64,000 bases of DNA from an uncultured Gemmatimonadales bacterium (GCA_963793305.1 CAWBZV010000003.1:1024001-1088000); one strand, 5' to 3'. Shown: positions 1 to 11,752, numbered from the stretch's first letter. Program-made: numbers and translations. Notes: generated by a model from the sequence alone, not told the origin.

Positions 1-2
1 TC

Positions 3-1702
<1,700 letters not shown>

Positions 1703-1707
1703 ATACG

Positions 1708-1740
1708 GCGGAGCCCTTCTATTGGTTAGAAGGGCTCCGC
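1708..1740. terminator. Hairpin between convergent genes, probable bidirectional terminator
   Basis: Perfect 14-bp stem GCGGAGCCCTTCTA / TAGAAGGGCTCCGC with 5-nt loop. Confidence 0.7.
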
Positions 1741-1745
1741 AAGGT

Positions 1746-2304
1746 TTACGCCTTCACGAACTGCACGTCCAAGCTGATCGTCACGTCGTCGCCGACGAGG
1801 AACCCGCCGGTCTCGAGCGTGGCGTTCCACGTCAGGCCGAAGTCTTTGCGATGAATGACCGCGGTAGCGGAAGAGCCGATCTTGATGTTGCCCCACGGAT
1901 CTTTCTGCGCGGCGGTCGGGCCGTCGACCGTGAACGTGACCGACTTCGTGACACCGTGCATCGTGAGATCGCCCGTGACCGCCAGCTCGCCATTGGCGTC
2001 GCGAGCGACCTTCGTCGATACGAACGACAGGGTCGGGAAGTGCTCGACATCGAAGAAATCCGGGCTCTTCAAGTGCGCGTCGCGCTGAGGGTCGCGGGTA
2101 TGGATCGAACGTCGCGTCGATCGTCGCTTCGATCCGCGACTGCGTCACGTCCGTCTCGTTGAGCGTCAGCGCGCCTTGGAGGGCCGTGAACTGCCCTTTG
2201 ACGTTCGAGATCATCATGTGCTTGACCTTGAACTCGGCCACCGAGTGCACGGGGTCGATCGTCCAGGTCGTCGTCGGGGCCTTCGGAGTTACTGTGGTCG
2301 CCAT
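1746..2304 (-). CDS. yceI: YceI family lipid/polyisoprenoid-binding protein (one +1 frameshift at 2108-2109, probably artefact)
   Basis: N-part WTIDPVHSVAEFKVKHMMIS and C-part LKSPDFFDVEHFP..GLTWN are in different frames; deleting one base restores ..SIHTRDPQRDAHLKS.., 185 aa. Confidence 0.9.
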
Positions 2305-2336
2305 GGTCGGGTGTCTCGGGTGTAGTTGTCTAGACG

Positions 2337-2356
2337 ATAGTCGTTACAACGATTAA
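2337..2356. promoter_or_regulatory. Putative MarR operator upstream of yceI
   Basis: ATAGTCGTTACAACGATTAA, 17/20 match to the palindrome at 2836-2855. Confidence 0.7.
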
Positions 2357-2377
2357 TACGAACAGGGGCAAAAAGGT

Positions 2378-2827
2378 TCACGCCACGCGGCTCCGGGCCA
2401 GCTGCAGCAGTTCCGTCAGCTCCGCGAGACGCTCCCGCCCCAGGTGACCTAGCTGGCGCTTGTGCGCCTCCTGGATGGGCTCGTCGAGCCGGCCGAGCAG
2501 GCGCAGCCCCTCGGGGGTAATGCGCGCCAGGACAGTCCGCCGGTCCGCCGTATCGCGTTCGCGCGCCACCAGGCCCCGCGCGTCGAGCCGGTCCAGCAGG
2601 CGCGTGATGTCGGGGTCGCGCGTGATCATGCGGTTCGCGATCTCGCCGCACGGCAACGGACCTCCGGCGCCCCGGAGAATACGCAGGACGTTGTACTGCG
2701 TCGCGGAGAGATCCGTGTCCTTCAGGATTCCCGCGAGCGACCGCGACAGCAGATCGCTCGTCCTCAGGATCTCCAGGTACGTCGCTTCCTCCAGAGAGGG
2801 TCCGCGGAATCGTTTCGTCGTGGGCAC
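2378..2827 (-). CDS. MarR family transcriptional regulator
   Basis: LSATQYNVLRIL, DITRLLDRL..GLV.R.R...DRR winged-helix pattern. Confidence 0.93.
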   Translation of the reverse strand: MPTTKRFRGPSLEEATYLEILRTSDLLSRSLAGILKDTDLSATQYNVLRILRGAGGPLPCGEIANRMITRDPDITRLLDRLDARGLVARERDTADRRTVLARITPEGLRLLGRLDEPIQEAHKRQLGHLGRERLAELTELLQLARSRVA

Positions 2828-2835
2828 ACTTCAAG

Positions 2836-2855
2836 ATAGTCGTTGCAACGACTAT
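2836..2855. promoter_or_regulatory. Putative MarR autoregulatory operator
   Basis: Perfect 20-bp palindrome ATAGTCGTTGCAACGACTAT overlapping a -10-like TATCTT just upstream of the GTG start. Confidence 0.75.
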
Positions 2856-2918
2856 TGTCAAAATGTCCGCGGCCGAAACCAGCGAGTAATGTGGCGTGGC
2901 GCCGGATATCCTGGGCCC

Positions 2919-4796
2919 ATGATTCCAGCCCTTGCCTTGATCGTCACGCTCGTACAGGTCGGCGACACGTCGATCTTCGCGCCGCTCGCACTCCCCGCGC
3001 CCACCGAGTACCGCGCCGCATCCGGCGCGCCGGGCGCGCGCTACTGGCAAAACCGCGCCGACTACGATCTGGCGGCGACGCTCGACACCGCCTCGAAATC
3101 CCTCCTCGGCCGCCTCACGCTGACCTACACCAATCACTCGCCGGACACGCTGCGATATCTCTGGTTCCAACTCGACCAGAACGCGTTCAAGCCCGGCTCG
3201 CTGAGTCGCGACGTCTACGACCTCACAGCGCGATTCGGCGGGCCGACGTTCAACGGCGGCGATCACATCCTGCGATTCGAGCAGATCCGCGGCGCAATGC
3301 ACACCGCGCTGGCCACCCGCGTCGACGGCACACAGCTCAAGGCCGACCTCGCCCAACCCCTCGCGCCGGGCGGCGTCGCCGTCATCGCCATCGCGTGGCA
3401 CCTCCCCGTGCCCGAGAGCGGCGCCGATCGCATGGGTCGCGACGGCCCGCTCTACGAGATCGCGCAATGGTATCCACGCGTCGCCGTCTACGACGACATC
3501 CACGGCTGGAACATCGAGCCCTACATCGGGCAGGGTGAGTTCTATCTGGAGTACGGGAATTTCACGTATGCCGTCACCGTGCCCGCGGGCTACATCGTGT
3601 GTGGCACCGGGACCTTGGCGAACCCACTCGCGGTGCTGAGCGCCGAGGAGCGGTCTCGCTTCAGACAAGCGGCAAACACAGCCGGAACGACTGCCATCAT
3701 CTCAGCCCCCCGGCCAAAGCGCGACGGCACACTCACATGGAGGTTCGTCGCCCACAACGTTCGCGATGTCGTCTGGGCCGCGTCTCCCGACTACCGGTGG
3801 GATGCCACGAGCTGGCGTGGCATCATGGCATACGCTTTCTATCGTCCGAGCGCCGAAGCGACCTGGCGTGAGGCGGCGGATATGGCCAGGCAGACGATCC
3901 AAGAGTATTCGACACGTTGGTTTCCATATCCCTATCCACAAATCACCGTCGTCGAAGGGCCGGTCGGAGGCATGGAGTATCCCATGCTCTCGATGCAGCA
4001 CCAGAACACGGACACGTACGCGCTCTATGGCGTCATCGCGCCGCTCGTCGGCCACAACTGGTTCCCGATGATCGTGGGCTCGAATGAGCGCCTGCACTTC
4101 TGGCAAGACGAAGGGCTCAACACGTTCATGGCGTCGTTCGCCGAAGGCGCCCGCTATCCGGAGAAAGGCGATCAGCTCGCGCGCATTGCGCACGAACGCG
4201 ACCTCGTCACGCGGGCCGAGTCGCTCAGCATCGACACGCCGACCGAGGTGCCTTCGGATCGCGTTCCGACCAAGCGCCTGACGGGCGACGAGTACCTCAA
4301 ACCCTCGGTCGCCCTCCAACTCTTACGTCAGGACATTCTCGGGCCCGCCGCGTTCGACGACGCGTTCCGGACGTATATCAGCCGATGGGCGTTCAAGCAT
4401 CCCACGCCCGCCGATTTCTTCCGGACGATGGAAGACGCCGGCGGTCGCCAACTCGATTGGTTCTGGCGGGAGATGTTCGTCGAGAACGCGCACTTCGATC
4501 AGGCGATCGACAGCGTCGCCGTGGCGAACGACTCCATCACCGTCGTGTACGGCAACCACGCGCGGGGCGTCCTGCCGATCCACGCTCGCTATACGTTCAC
4601 CGACGGGTCGACGGTCGAGTATACCTATCCCGCCGAGGTCTGGATGCACGACGGCCGGCGATACACACGAACCTATGTGTTCGCCGGCAAGCACGTCGCG
4701 CGCATCGAGCTCGATCCAGACCACCGGCTGATCGACATTGACCGGAAGAACAATGTCTGGTCAGCCGGTGGAACACTCAGTTCGACGCAGCCGTAG
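2919..4796 (+). CDS. M1 family aminopeptidase-like exported protein with degenerate zinc motif
   Basis: Signal peptide; YWQNRADY, AQWYPR, GEFYLEYG, GGMEYP, DEGLNTF; HEXXH appears as PLVGH. Confidence 0.9.
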   Translation: MIPALALIVTLVQVGDTSIFAPLALPAPTEYRAASGAPGARYWQNRADYDLAATLDTASKSLLGRLTLTYTNHSPDTLRYLWFQLDQNAFKPGSLSRDVYDLTARFGGPTFNGGDHILRFEQIRGAMHTALATRVDGTQLKADLAQPLAPGGVAVIAIAWHLPVPESGADRMGRDGPLYEIAQWYPRVAVYDDIHGWNIEPYIGQGEFYLEYGNFTYAVTVPAGYIVCGTGTLANPLAVLSAEERSRFRQAANTAGTTAIISAPRPKRDGTLTWRFVAHNVRDVVWAASPDYRWDATSWRGIMAYAFYRPSAEATWREAADMARQTIQEYSTRWFPYPYPQITVVEGPVGGMEYPMLSMQHQNTDTYALYGVIAPLVGHNWFPMIVGSNERLHFWQDEGLNTFMASFAEGARYPEKGDQLARIAHERDLVTRAESLSIDTPTEVPSDRVPTKRLTGDEYLKPSVALQLLRQDILGPAAFDDAFRTYISRWAFKHPTPADFFRTMEDAGGRQLDWFWREMFVENAHFDQAIDSVAVANDSITVVYGNHARGVLPIHARYTFTDGSTVEYTYPAEVWMHDGRRYTRTYVFAGKHVARIELDPDHRLIDIDRKNNVWSAGGTLSSTQP

Positions 4797-6759
4797 CGGT
4801 GGTCGCGAGGTTGCGGACGGTGCCGGCGAGCAGTCGCACCTTCTTTCCATCCGACGAAGCCGCTGCGTCACCGTCTAGTTGGGTCGCCAACTGGGTGAGC
4901 GCGTCGCGCCTCTGGTCACTGCTCGCGTGCTCGGCGCTCCCCAAGGTCGCGCGTGCCGACGCAATGCGCGACGAGCTCAGACCCTTGGAGCGTTCGAGTT
5001 GATCCAGGTATGCGCCCGCAAGCGCGAAGGTCGTCGGCCAGACGAGCGCCGGCTGACCCTGCGTGTTGAACTCATCGAAGCGCACGGTCTTGGCCGCGGC
5101 GATCTCGTGGGCCGAGAGCAAGGCGCTGGGCTTGAGCTCCAGGATGTCGAGGCCACGGGCGATCTCTGAGCTGATGATTACGCCGTTGTACCAGTAGGCC
5201 GACCAGGAGCCGCCCATCTCCAGGCGCGTGCCGTCGACCGGGCCGCGGTCGAAGTACGCGATCTCCTGCGGGTGCTTGGGGTCCGTCCAGTCGAAGACCG
5301 ACACGCCGCCCTGGTACCAGGCCTGGACCATCACATCGCGACCAGGGATCGGGATGAGCGAGCCGTTGTGCGCGACGCAATTCTCCTGCGAGGTCTGCGG
5401 CGCGGGCAGCTTGTAGTAGCCCTGGAAGATGAGTTTGTGATCGACGATCGTGAAGATCGCATCGGCGCCCCAGTCGCGGGGATCGCTGGCGCGGCACTTG
5501 GGCGCGCTGCCGCCGCCCCACTCGTCGGAGAACAGCAGCTTGGTCCCGTCGTTGTTGAACGTGGCCGAGTGCCAGAACGAGAAGTTCGAGTCGGCCGCCG
5601 CATCGAGGCGGGTCGGGTGCGCGGGATCAGTGATGTCGAGCAGCAGGCCGTGGCCCTGGCACGCGCCGCCGGCGAGTCCGATCTGCGGATACACCGTGAT
5701 GTCGTGGCAGCTGGTGCCGAGGATGCGCGGGCCGCCGAAGCGCTTGTCGATCATCGCCTGCAGGTGCTCGTGCAGCCAGGCGCTGTCGGCCGCGGTCGGG
5801 GCACCAGTGGCTCCGCGGTTCTTGACCGCGCTGTCGAGCATGCTGCTCAGGAAGATGCCCTCCACGACCATCGACTGGCCGCCAACGTTCACCACGAATC
5901 CGCCATGCGCGCGTGCATCGGCGACGGCTTGGACATCCGCCGGCGCTGCGCCATGCGCGGGCGCCTGGTCGAGGCCCTCGAAAATCCGGGGTGAGCTGAC
6001 GATCGCGGCCTGCTCCGGGTGCGCGAGCGGCACCTTGATCACCTCGATCCTGAACTTGGCGCCGTTCGGATCTTGGTCCGGCCCGGCATTGATGCAGCCG
6101 GCGAGCTCGGTCGGGCTGCGGACCGTCGACGAGCCGGAGATATAGATGTAGACGTTGGCCGGATCCTTGGGGTCGACCAGCAGCGTGTGCGTGTGCGAGC
6201 CGCGGCAGGTCTGCACATTCGTGATGATCTTGGGGTGCGTGATGTCGGTGACATCCCAGATCCGAATGCCGCGGATACGCTCGTGGCTGACGGTATCCTT
6301 CACGCCCTCAGTGCCACAATCCAAACGCGCACTCGGCGCCTCGGCCGATTCGAACAGCAGATTCTTGTAGATAGAGACGTCGCTCTGCGACGCTGGGCAG
6401 ACGAATGACGTCTTGTACGCCGGGTGCGACGGATCGGTGATGTCCCAGACCACGAAGCCGTAGTAGCTGCCCTGAATGACGTTGTTGCCGATGAACGCCA
6501 GGTCGGAGTTCGTCTTCCCCTCGAACCCCTGCGGCGACTTGATGGTGGCCATGAGGTGCATGTTCCACTCGGCCTGCCCGGCATCGTAGAGACCAGCCTT
6601 GAGTCCCACGCGAGGATCGGGCATCGGCTCGCCGGGCGACATATCCATGGAAGAGGAGGCCGAGCCCGATGGGGCGACCGCGGTCGTCGACCCGGTCGGA
6701 TGTGCACAAGCGGCCACGGCCATCAGGGCGGCGGCGAGGGAAAGATGCAGTCGAGTCAT
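4777..6759 (-). CDS. LVIVD-repeat beta-propeller lipoprotein
   Basis: Lipobox VAAC; NSDLAF, SQSDVS, GSHTHT, SCHDIT, FWHSATF, DEWGGG, CVAHNG, GSWSAYWYNG; the ORF-track extension to 8142 is spurious. Confidence 0.85.
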   Translation of the reverse strand: MTRLHLSLAAALMAVAACAHPTGSTTAVAPSGSASSSMDMSPGEPMPDPRVGLKAGLYDAGQAEWNMHLMATIKSPQGFEGKTNSDLAFIGNNVIQGSYYGFVVWDITDPSHPAYKTSFVCPASQSDVSIYKNLLFESAEAPSARLDCGTEGVKDTVSHERIRGIRIWDVTDITHPKIITNVQTCRGSHTHTLLVDPKDPANVYIYISGSSTVRSPTELAGCINAGPDQDPNGAKFRIEVIKVPLAHPEQAAIVSSPRIFEGLDQAPAHGAAPADVQAVADARAHGGFVVNVGGQSMVVEGIFLSSMLDSAVKNRGATGAPTAADSAWLHEHLQAMIDKRFGGPRILGTSCHDITVYPQIGLAGGACQGHGLLLDITDPAHPTRLDAAADSNFSFWHSATFNNDGTKLLFSDEWGGGSAPKCRASDPRDWGADAIFTIVDHKLIFQGYYKLPAPQTSQENCVAHNGSLIPIPGRDVMVQAWYQGGVSVFDWTDPKHPQEIAYFDRGPVDGTRLEMGGSWSAYWYNGVIISSEIARGLDILELKPSALLSAHEIAAAKTVRFDEFNTQGQPALVWPTTFALAGAYLDQLERSKGLSSSRIASARATLGSAEHASSDQRRDALTQLATQLDGDAAASSDGKKVRLLAGTVRNLATTATAASN

Positions 6760-6824
6760 GCCCACGATTCTATGTACGAAGCGTGTTAAGCACCAGTGAA
6801 AAACGCTTGTCGGATCTGGCAACG

Positions 6825-8216
6825 TTATGGCGCTCTCAAGCGTAATAACACGCCGGCCAACGTCGCGAGCATCAGCCACGCGAACCAATCGCCGAGGCGG
6901 CGATAGAGAGTAACGTCGTGCGCGACTGGTAGCTCGCTGACGAGCGTGCTGAATGGCGCCGCATCGCTCCGGGCCTCGGCGAGGATGCGCCCGCGATCGT
7001 CGCTCACGGTCAAATAGCCTTGCTTCGCGGCGCGCGCGATGGCGAACCCATCTTCGACGCCACGCATGACGGCAATGTGCCCATGGGCCCACCGATCCAA
7101 GTCGAAATCCCAGGCGGGTACGAGCATCACGCCGGCGCCTGCCGCACCGTACTGCCGTGACGGCGCCGTGAAGTCCATGTCCTTGCAGATGGCGACGCCC
7201 CATGGGCCAGTCGGTTCCGAGAGGAACGTGAGGCTTGTGCCCGGCGTGAGCTTCGATTCGAACGGTGGCAGCATGTGCTCTTTGTCGTACGTCCGCACCG
7301 GCGTGCCGGGTGAGTAAATGCGGGCTTGGTTGTACTTCGTGCGCGAAGTGACGCGGATGACCCCCACGACGATCTGTGCCGTGTCCTTGTCCGCCAGTTG
7401 CTGAAACGCCGAGTCCATCGCCACGGTGTCCTGGTCCACGACCACACCGAGCTTTTCCGGGAGCACGATGACATGGGCGCCCTGCGAGACGAGGCGCTGT
7501 GTCGCGCTCGCGTAGTCGCGGAGGAGCCGCGCCGTCTTGGAGCCCTCGTCCACGACGCCCTTGTTCTCCGGCAAGTCCGAAGCAATGAGGCCGACTTTGA
7601 CCCGCGAACCTGAAGTCGCCATCGACAGACGCGCGACGCCGAACGTCAGGGCGACCGCGATGACGCCGAGGCCCGCGAACGCGACCCGAGGTGCGCGGGA
7701 AAGGATCACGAACGCGGCCGAGAACAGCAACAACAGCGCGCTGATGCCCCACGGCCCCGTGAGCGAGGCGACTTGCAGGACCGGCAGGAAGTTGAGCTGC
7801 GAGTACGCCAGGTCGCCCGCGGTCCCGTGCACCAACGTCAGGTTGTTGAGATACTCGATCGACACCCAGGCCGCGGGGAAAGCGATGAGTGCGGCCCGCC
7901 ACGCCTGCCGGTTGTACAGCGCGCGGAAGAGCAGGGTCACGAGCGCGAAGCCCACGGCCTGGATCCCCATGGTCAGCACAAAGACGGTCGTGGGCATGCC
8001 GAGCACGTCGTGGAGATAGTGCCAGATGTTGAAGTAGCCGATGAAGATGCCGAGGAAGGCCACGATCGCCGTGGTCTGCCATGTCGACCGGGTCGCCACG
8101 AGCAACAACGGGAGCGGCGCGAACCACATGAGCGGCCACCACGGATGGAGGCCGGTGCCGAACCAGACCAGGGTCGCCGTGCAGGCGACGGCGAGAAGAT
8201 TACGCGCGTAGGCCAC
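6825..8216 (-). CDS. Apolipoprotein N-acyltransferase-like membrane protein (nitrilase superfamily)
   Basis: N-terminal TM helices; catalytic triad motifs VLPEK, YDKEH, AICKD. Confidence 0.85.
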   Translation of the reverse strand: MAYARNLLAVACTATLVWFGTGLHPWWPLMWFAPLPLLLVATRSTWQTTAIVAFLGIFIGYFNIWHYLHDVLGMPTTVFVLTMGIQAVGFALVTLLFRALYNRQAWRAALIAFPAAWVSIEYLNNLTLVHGTAGDLAYSQLNFLPVLQVASLTGPWGISALLLLFSAAFVILSRAPRVAFAGLGVIAVALTFGVARLSMATSGSRVKVGLIASDLPENKGVVDEGSKTARLLRDYASATQRLVSQGAHVIVLPEKLGVVVDQDTVAMDSAFQQLADKDTAQIVVGVIRVTSRTKYNQARIYSPGTPVRTYDKEHMLPPFESKLTPGTSLTFLSEPTGPWGVAICKDMDFTAPSRQYGAAGAGVMLVPAWDFDLDRWAHGHIAVMRGVEDGFAIARAAKQGYLTVSDDRGRILAEARSDAAPFSTLVSELPVAHDVTLYRRLGDWFAWLMLATLAGVLLRLRAP

Positions 8217-8775
8217 GGAGGTATCTCTTGAAGGAGCGACGATAGAACGCGCGGAAGCGCGCGGCTGACGGGCTCAGACGGCCACCCAGATACAGCATGA
8301 TGAGACCATGCGAGAGCGCGCCCATTTCGAAGGTGATCTCCCATGGGTCGTCCTTCCGCAGCTCGCGGTGCTCCATGCCATCGCGTACGATCTGCTCCAG
8401 GAGGTTCGCCGTCGGTGAGTGGCCTTTCTTGAAATCCCGAGGGAATCGGCGGGCACCGGCTCTCCGCTCCAGGAACATGAGCGCGAAGAGTTGCGGGTTC
8501 TCGAGCGCGTGATCGAGATAGACCTCGGCCATGCGCACGAGGCGCTCTTCTATAGAACCCGAGACCCGGGCTCTCGTGAGGCGCGTCGCCAGCTCTCTAA
8601 AACCCGCATCGGCCAGCTCGTTGAGCAGCGCCGATCGGTCGGCGTAGTGGCGATAAATGGCCATGGGCGTGATGCCGACCGCGCTGGCCACCCGTCGCAT
8701 GGTCACCGCCTCGGCCCCGTCTTTGTCGAGCAGTCGCCGAGCGGCGGTCGCAATGTGCTGTACGGTTGACGGCAT
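8200..8775 (-). CDS. TetR/AcrR family regulator
   Basis: HTH AVTMRRVASAVGITPMAIYRHY; C-terminal HG motif. Confidence 0.93.
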   Translation of the reverse strand: MPSTVQHIATAARRLLDKDGAEAVTMRRVASAVGITPMAIYRHYADRSALLNELADAGFRELATRLTRARVSGSIEERLVRMAEVYLDHALENPQLFALMFLERRAGARRFPRDFKKGHSPTANLLEQIVRDGMEHRELRKDDPWEITFEMGALSHGLIMLYLGGRLSPSAARFRAFYRRSFKRYLRGLRA

Positions 8776-8790
8776 GTATACGGCGTATAC
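8776..8790. promoter_or_regulatory. Putative TetR operator
   Basis: GTATAC-GGC-GTATAC inverted repeat abutting the tetR start codon. Confidence 0.6.
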
Positions 8791-8878
8791 TAACCAGTCG
8801 AGTGGCCATCCGACAAGCCGTGACGCGCGGGCAATCTGGCGATAGTCGGCTGGGGTCGCGCGCGCTATATCATGGCGT

Positions 8879-9934
8879 ATGGTCGCCCTACTCATGCTCG
8901 CCGTGGGGACGTTCACGGTCGACTCGTTTCGGTTCGAGAGCGGTGTCACCGTGCCCAACGTCAAGATGGTCTACGCGACGTATGGCCGGCTCAATGTCGC
9001 GCGCTCGAACGCCGTGCTGGCGCCAGCGCATTTCATGGTCGACGAGCACGGATACGATTGGCTCTTGGGTCCCGGACAGGCGCTGGACACGACGCGGTAC
9101 TTCGTGATTACGACCGAGATGTTCGGCAACGGGATTTCGTCGAGTCCGAGCAACACGCCCGAGCCATTTCACGGCCCACGATTTCCCGCCGTCACGATAC
9201 GTGACGACGTTCGGATCGCGCATCAGTTGTTGACCGGGACGCTCGGCGTCACGCATCTCCACGCCATCGTTGGCTTCGCGATGGGTGCCCAGCAGGCGTT
9301 TCAGTGGGCGGTGACCTATCCCGATTTCGCGGATCGCGTTGTCGCGACGGCTGGTACGGCAAAATGCTATCCGCACGGGGTCGTGATGCTCGAAGGTGCC
9401 ATCGCGGCGCTCACGGCCGACGAGGAGTTCAGAGAAGGCGATTATGCGAGCGAGCCGAAACGCGGGATACACGCATTGGGCACCGTGTGGGCCGGCTGGC
9501 TATTCTCGCAGGAATGGTGGCGGCGAGAGCTCTGGCGGTCGGATACGTCGAGAGGTCGGACATTCGACGATGCCCTCGCGAGAGTCGTGAATGCATTCGC
9601 GCCACGCGATGCGAACGATATGATCTCACAGATCCGCACCTGGGAGCACCAGGATATCAGCGAACAGGAGCTGCGAGCAATCCCGTCGCGTGTCTTGTAT
9701 ATGCCAGTGACGACGGATCTGTACTTTCCGATCGGTGATGCGCGATACGAAGCGCAGTTCATCCCGCACGTGACGTTCGTACCGATTCGGTCCTTGTGGG
9801 GACATCCCGCTGGCGCAGCCGCGAGTCCAGCCGATAGCGTGTTTCTGAACCGGACGATCGGGCGGTTTATATTGACCCATGATTCTCGCCCTGTGTCTGC
9901 AGGTCCTCGCGATCGCGCACGCGACGGTCATTGA
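8879..9934 (+). CDS. Homoserine O-acetyltransferase (MetX)-like alpha/beta hydrolase; nucleophile Ser appears as Ala
   Basis: YATYGRLN, FGNG.SSSPSN, VTIRDDV, GFAMG elbow, DLYFP, WGH. Confidence 0.85.
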   Translation: MVALLMLAVGTFTVDSFRFESGVTVPNVKMVYATYGRLNVARSNAVLAPAHFMVDEHGYDWLLGPGQALDTTRYFVITTEMFGNGISSSPSNTPEPFHGPRFPAVTIRDDVRIAHQLLTGTLGVTHLHAIVGFAMGAQQAFQWAVTYPDFADRVVATAGTAKCYPHGVVMLEGAIAALTADEEFREGDYASEPKRGIHALGTVWAGWLFSQEWWRRELWRSDTSRGRTFDDALARVVNAFAPRDANDMISQIRTWEHQDISEQELRAIPSRVLYMPVTTDLYFPIGDARYEAQFIPHVTFVPIRSLWGHPAGAAASPADSVFLNRTIGRFILTHDSRPVSAGPRDRARDGH

Positions 9935-11240
9935 CCCCGGCCCCGGGTCGGTTTTAGCCAATCAGACCGTTGTAGTCCGCGGCGATCGGATCGTTCAAGT
10001 CGGTGATGCCGCGCGCGTCACGATTCCGCCGAACGCCCGGGTGATCGACGCCACCGGCCAGTATCTCATTCCTGGCCTGTGGGACATGCACGTCCACTCG
10101 GTGTTCGGCGACTGGTTCCCCGGCGGCCGCGACGTGATCCTGCCGCTCTACATCGCGAACGGCGTCACCGGCGTTCGCGATATGGGCGGCGAGCTCAAGG
10201 TGCTGCAAGGCTGGCGCGACTCCATCAGCGCCGGCACGCTGGTTGGGCCGCGCATGATCATCTCGGGGCCGATGCTCGACGGCTATCTCGCTGACGGGAA
10301 AAGCATGCGGTTCCCGAGCTCCATCCCGGTCACGACGCCTGATGACGCCGTTCGCGCCGTGCGCCTGCTCGCATCGCAGCACGCCGATTTCATCAAGGTG
10401 CAGTCCGAGGTCCCGCACGACGCGTACTTCGCCGCCGCCGCGGAGGCCCATCGACTCGGCCTCCCGATCGTCGGCCACGTGCCGTGGCGAGTCCGCATCG
10501 ATGAGACGATCACGGCCGGCCAGGCCAGCATCGAGCATCTCATGGGATTGTTCGAAGCGTGCGGGACGCAAGAGGACCAGTTCATCGCCGGCAAAGGCAA
10601 CCTGCAGCTCCTGCTCGACAGCTACGACAAGGCCCGGTGCGACGCCGTCATCAAGCGCGTCGCCCAGGCGCACATCGCCCAGTGCCCGACGCTGTACTGG
10701 CAAAAGGGCGAGACGCTGCTCGATCTCATCGATCAGGAGCATCAGCCGCTTGCCCGGTACGTCCCAATGAGTTGGCGAACGGGCGCGTGGAAGCAGTTCA
10801 GCGATGCGATCATGGGCGATATCCGCAAGGATCCGCTGGAGCGACGACAAGAGTATTGGCGTCGCCAGCTGGTCATGACTGGCGCGCTCTATCACGCCGG
10901 CGTGTTGTTGCTCGCTGGGACCGATGCCGCGCCTGGTGTGTTTGTCGTGCCAGGGTTCAGCCTGCACGACGAACTGGCGGAGTTTGTCGAAGCCGGCCTG
11001 ACGCCTATGGATGCGTTGCGGACGGCGACGAGCAATGCCGCGCAGTTTCTGAAACTCAACGACATCGGCCGCGTCTCACCGGGGGCCCGCGCCGATCTTG
11101 TTCTCCTGTCAGCTAATCCACTCGACGCCATACGCAACACCGCCTCTATTGTCACTGTTGTCGCCAACGGCCGGGTGTTCGACCGCACGGGGTTATCAGA
11201 TCTGCTCACCGGCGTCGAGCGGGCGGCGCACTCTCCGTAG
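9879..11240 (+). CDS. Exported amidohydrolase family protein
   Basis: PGLWDMHVH, FIKV, GHVP, SIEH, AGTD, GARADLVLL. Confidence 0.92.
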   Translation: MILALCLQVLAIAHATVIDPGPGSVLANQTVVVRGDRIVQVGDAARVTIPPNARVIDATGQYLIPGLWDMHVHSVFGDWFPGGRDVILPLYIANGVTGVRDMGGELKVLQGWRDSISAGTLVGPRMIISGPMLDGYLADGKSMRFPSSIPVTTPDDAVRAVRLLASQHADFIKVQSEVPHDAYFAAAAEAHRLGLPIVGHVPWRVRIDETITAGQASIEHLMGLFEACGTQEDQFIAGKGNLQLLLDSYDKARCDAVIKRVAQAHIAQCPTLYWQKGETLLDLIDQEHQPLARYVPMSWRTGAWKQFSDAIMGDIRKDPLERRQEYWRRQLVMTGALYHAGVLLLAGTDAAPGVFVVPGFSLHDELAEFVEAGLTPMDALRTATSNAAQFLKLNDIGRVSPGARADLVLLSANPLDAIRNTASIVTVVANGRVFDRTGLSDLLTGVERAAHSP

Positions 11241-11714
11241 CCGTTCATGGCGTCCGAGTGTCTCGGCGCCGGCCGCGGGGCCCGGACGCATCACAACGTC
11301 CTTCGGTCCGATAATCTGCCGCGTCGCGCGGTCGAGCATCGCCGGGTCGATGCGTCGTCCCGTTCCCCGATCGACCATCTCGAGGGTCACCCCGTCGGGT
11401 GAGAGCCATTTCGTTCCCCACCGGATGAGCATGACGATGATCGGCCAGAGATCCCACGCCTTGTCCGTCGGCACGTACTCGTAGCGCGGCGGTCGGCGTT
11501 GGTACCGGCGGCGCTCGAGCAATCCATCCGCGACGAGCGACGCCAGCCGCTGCGTCAGGATGTTCGGTGCGATCCCGAGGTCGACCTCGAAGTCATCGAA
11601 TCGCCGGAACCCCAGCATGACGTCGCGCAGGATCAGTATGCGCCAACCGTCGCCGATCTGAGCCATACTGCGGGCGATCGGACATTCCATCTCCGGGAAC
11701 TGTGATCGAGCCAT
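11196..11714 (-). CDS. HxlR family winged-helix regulator
   Basis: CPIARS..IGDGW..LILRD, RRFDDF, LTQRL..LV..GLLER, PPRYEY. Confidence 0.92.
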   Translation of the reverse strand: MARSQFPEMECPIARSMAQIGDGWRILILRDVMLGFRRFDDFEVDLGIAPNILTQRLASLVADGLLERRRYQRRPPRYEYVPTDKAWDLWPIIVMLIRWGTKWLSPDGVTLEMVDRGTGRRIDPAMLDRATRQIIGPKDVVMRPGPAAGAETLGRHERLRRVRRPLDAGEQI

Positions 11715-11735
11715 ACCGATTACAGTAGCCGAGTG

Positions 11736-11752
11736 ACTTGCTATTAGCAAGT
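11736..11752. promoter_or_regulatory. Putative HxlR operator
   Basis: ACTTGCTA-T-TAGCAAGT perfect inverted repeat in the divergent intergenic region. Confidence 0.65.

Noticed and set aside
6760..8142. N-terminal 461 aa of the 1121-aa ORF
   Set aside because: Out-of-frame shadow of the Lnt-like gene; the real LVIVD protein starts at the lipoprotein signal at 6759
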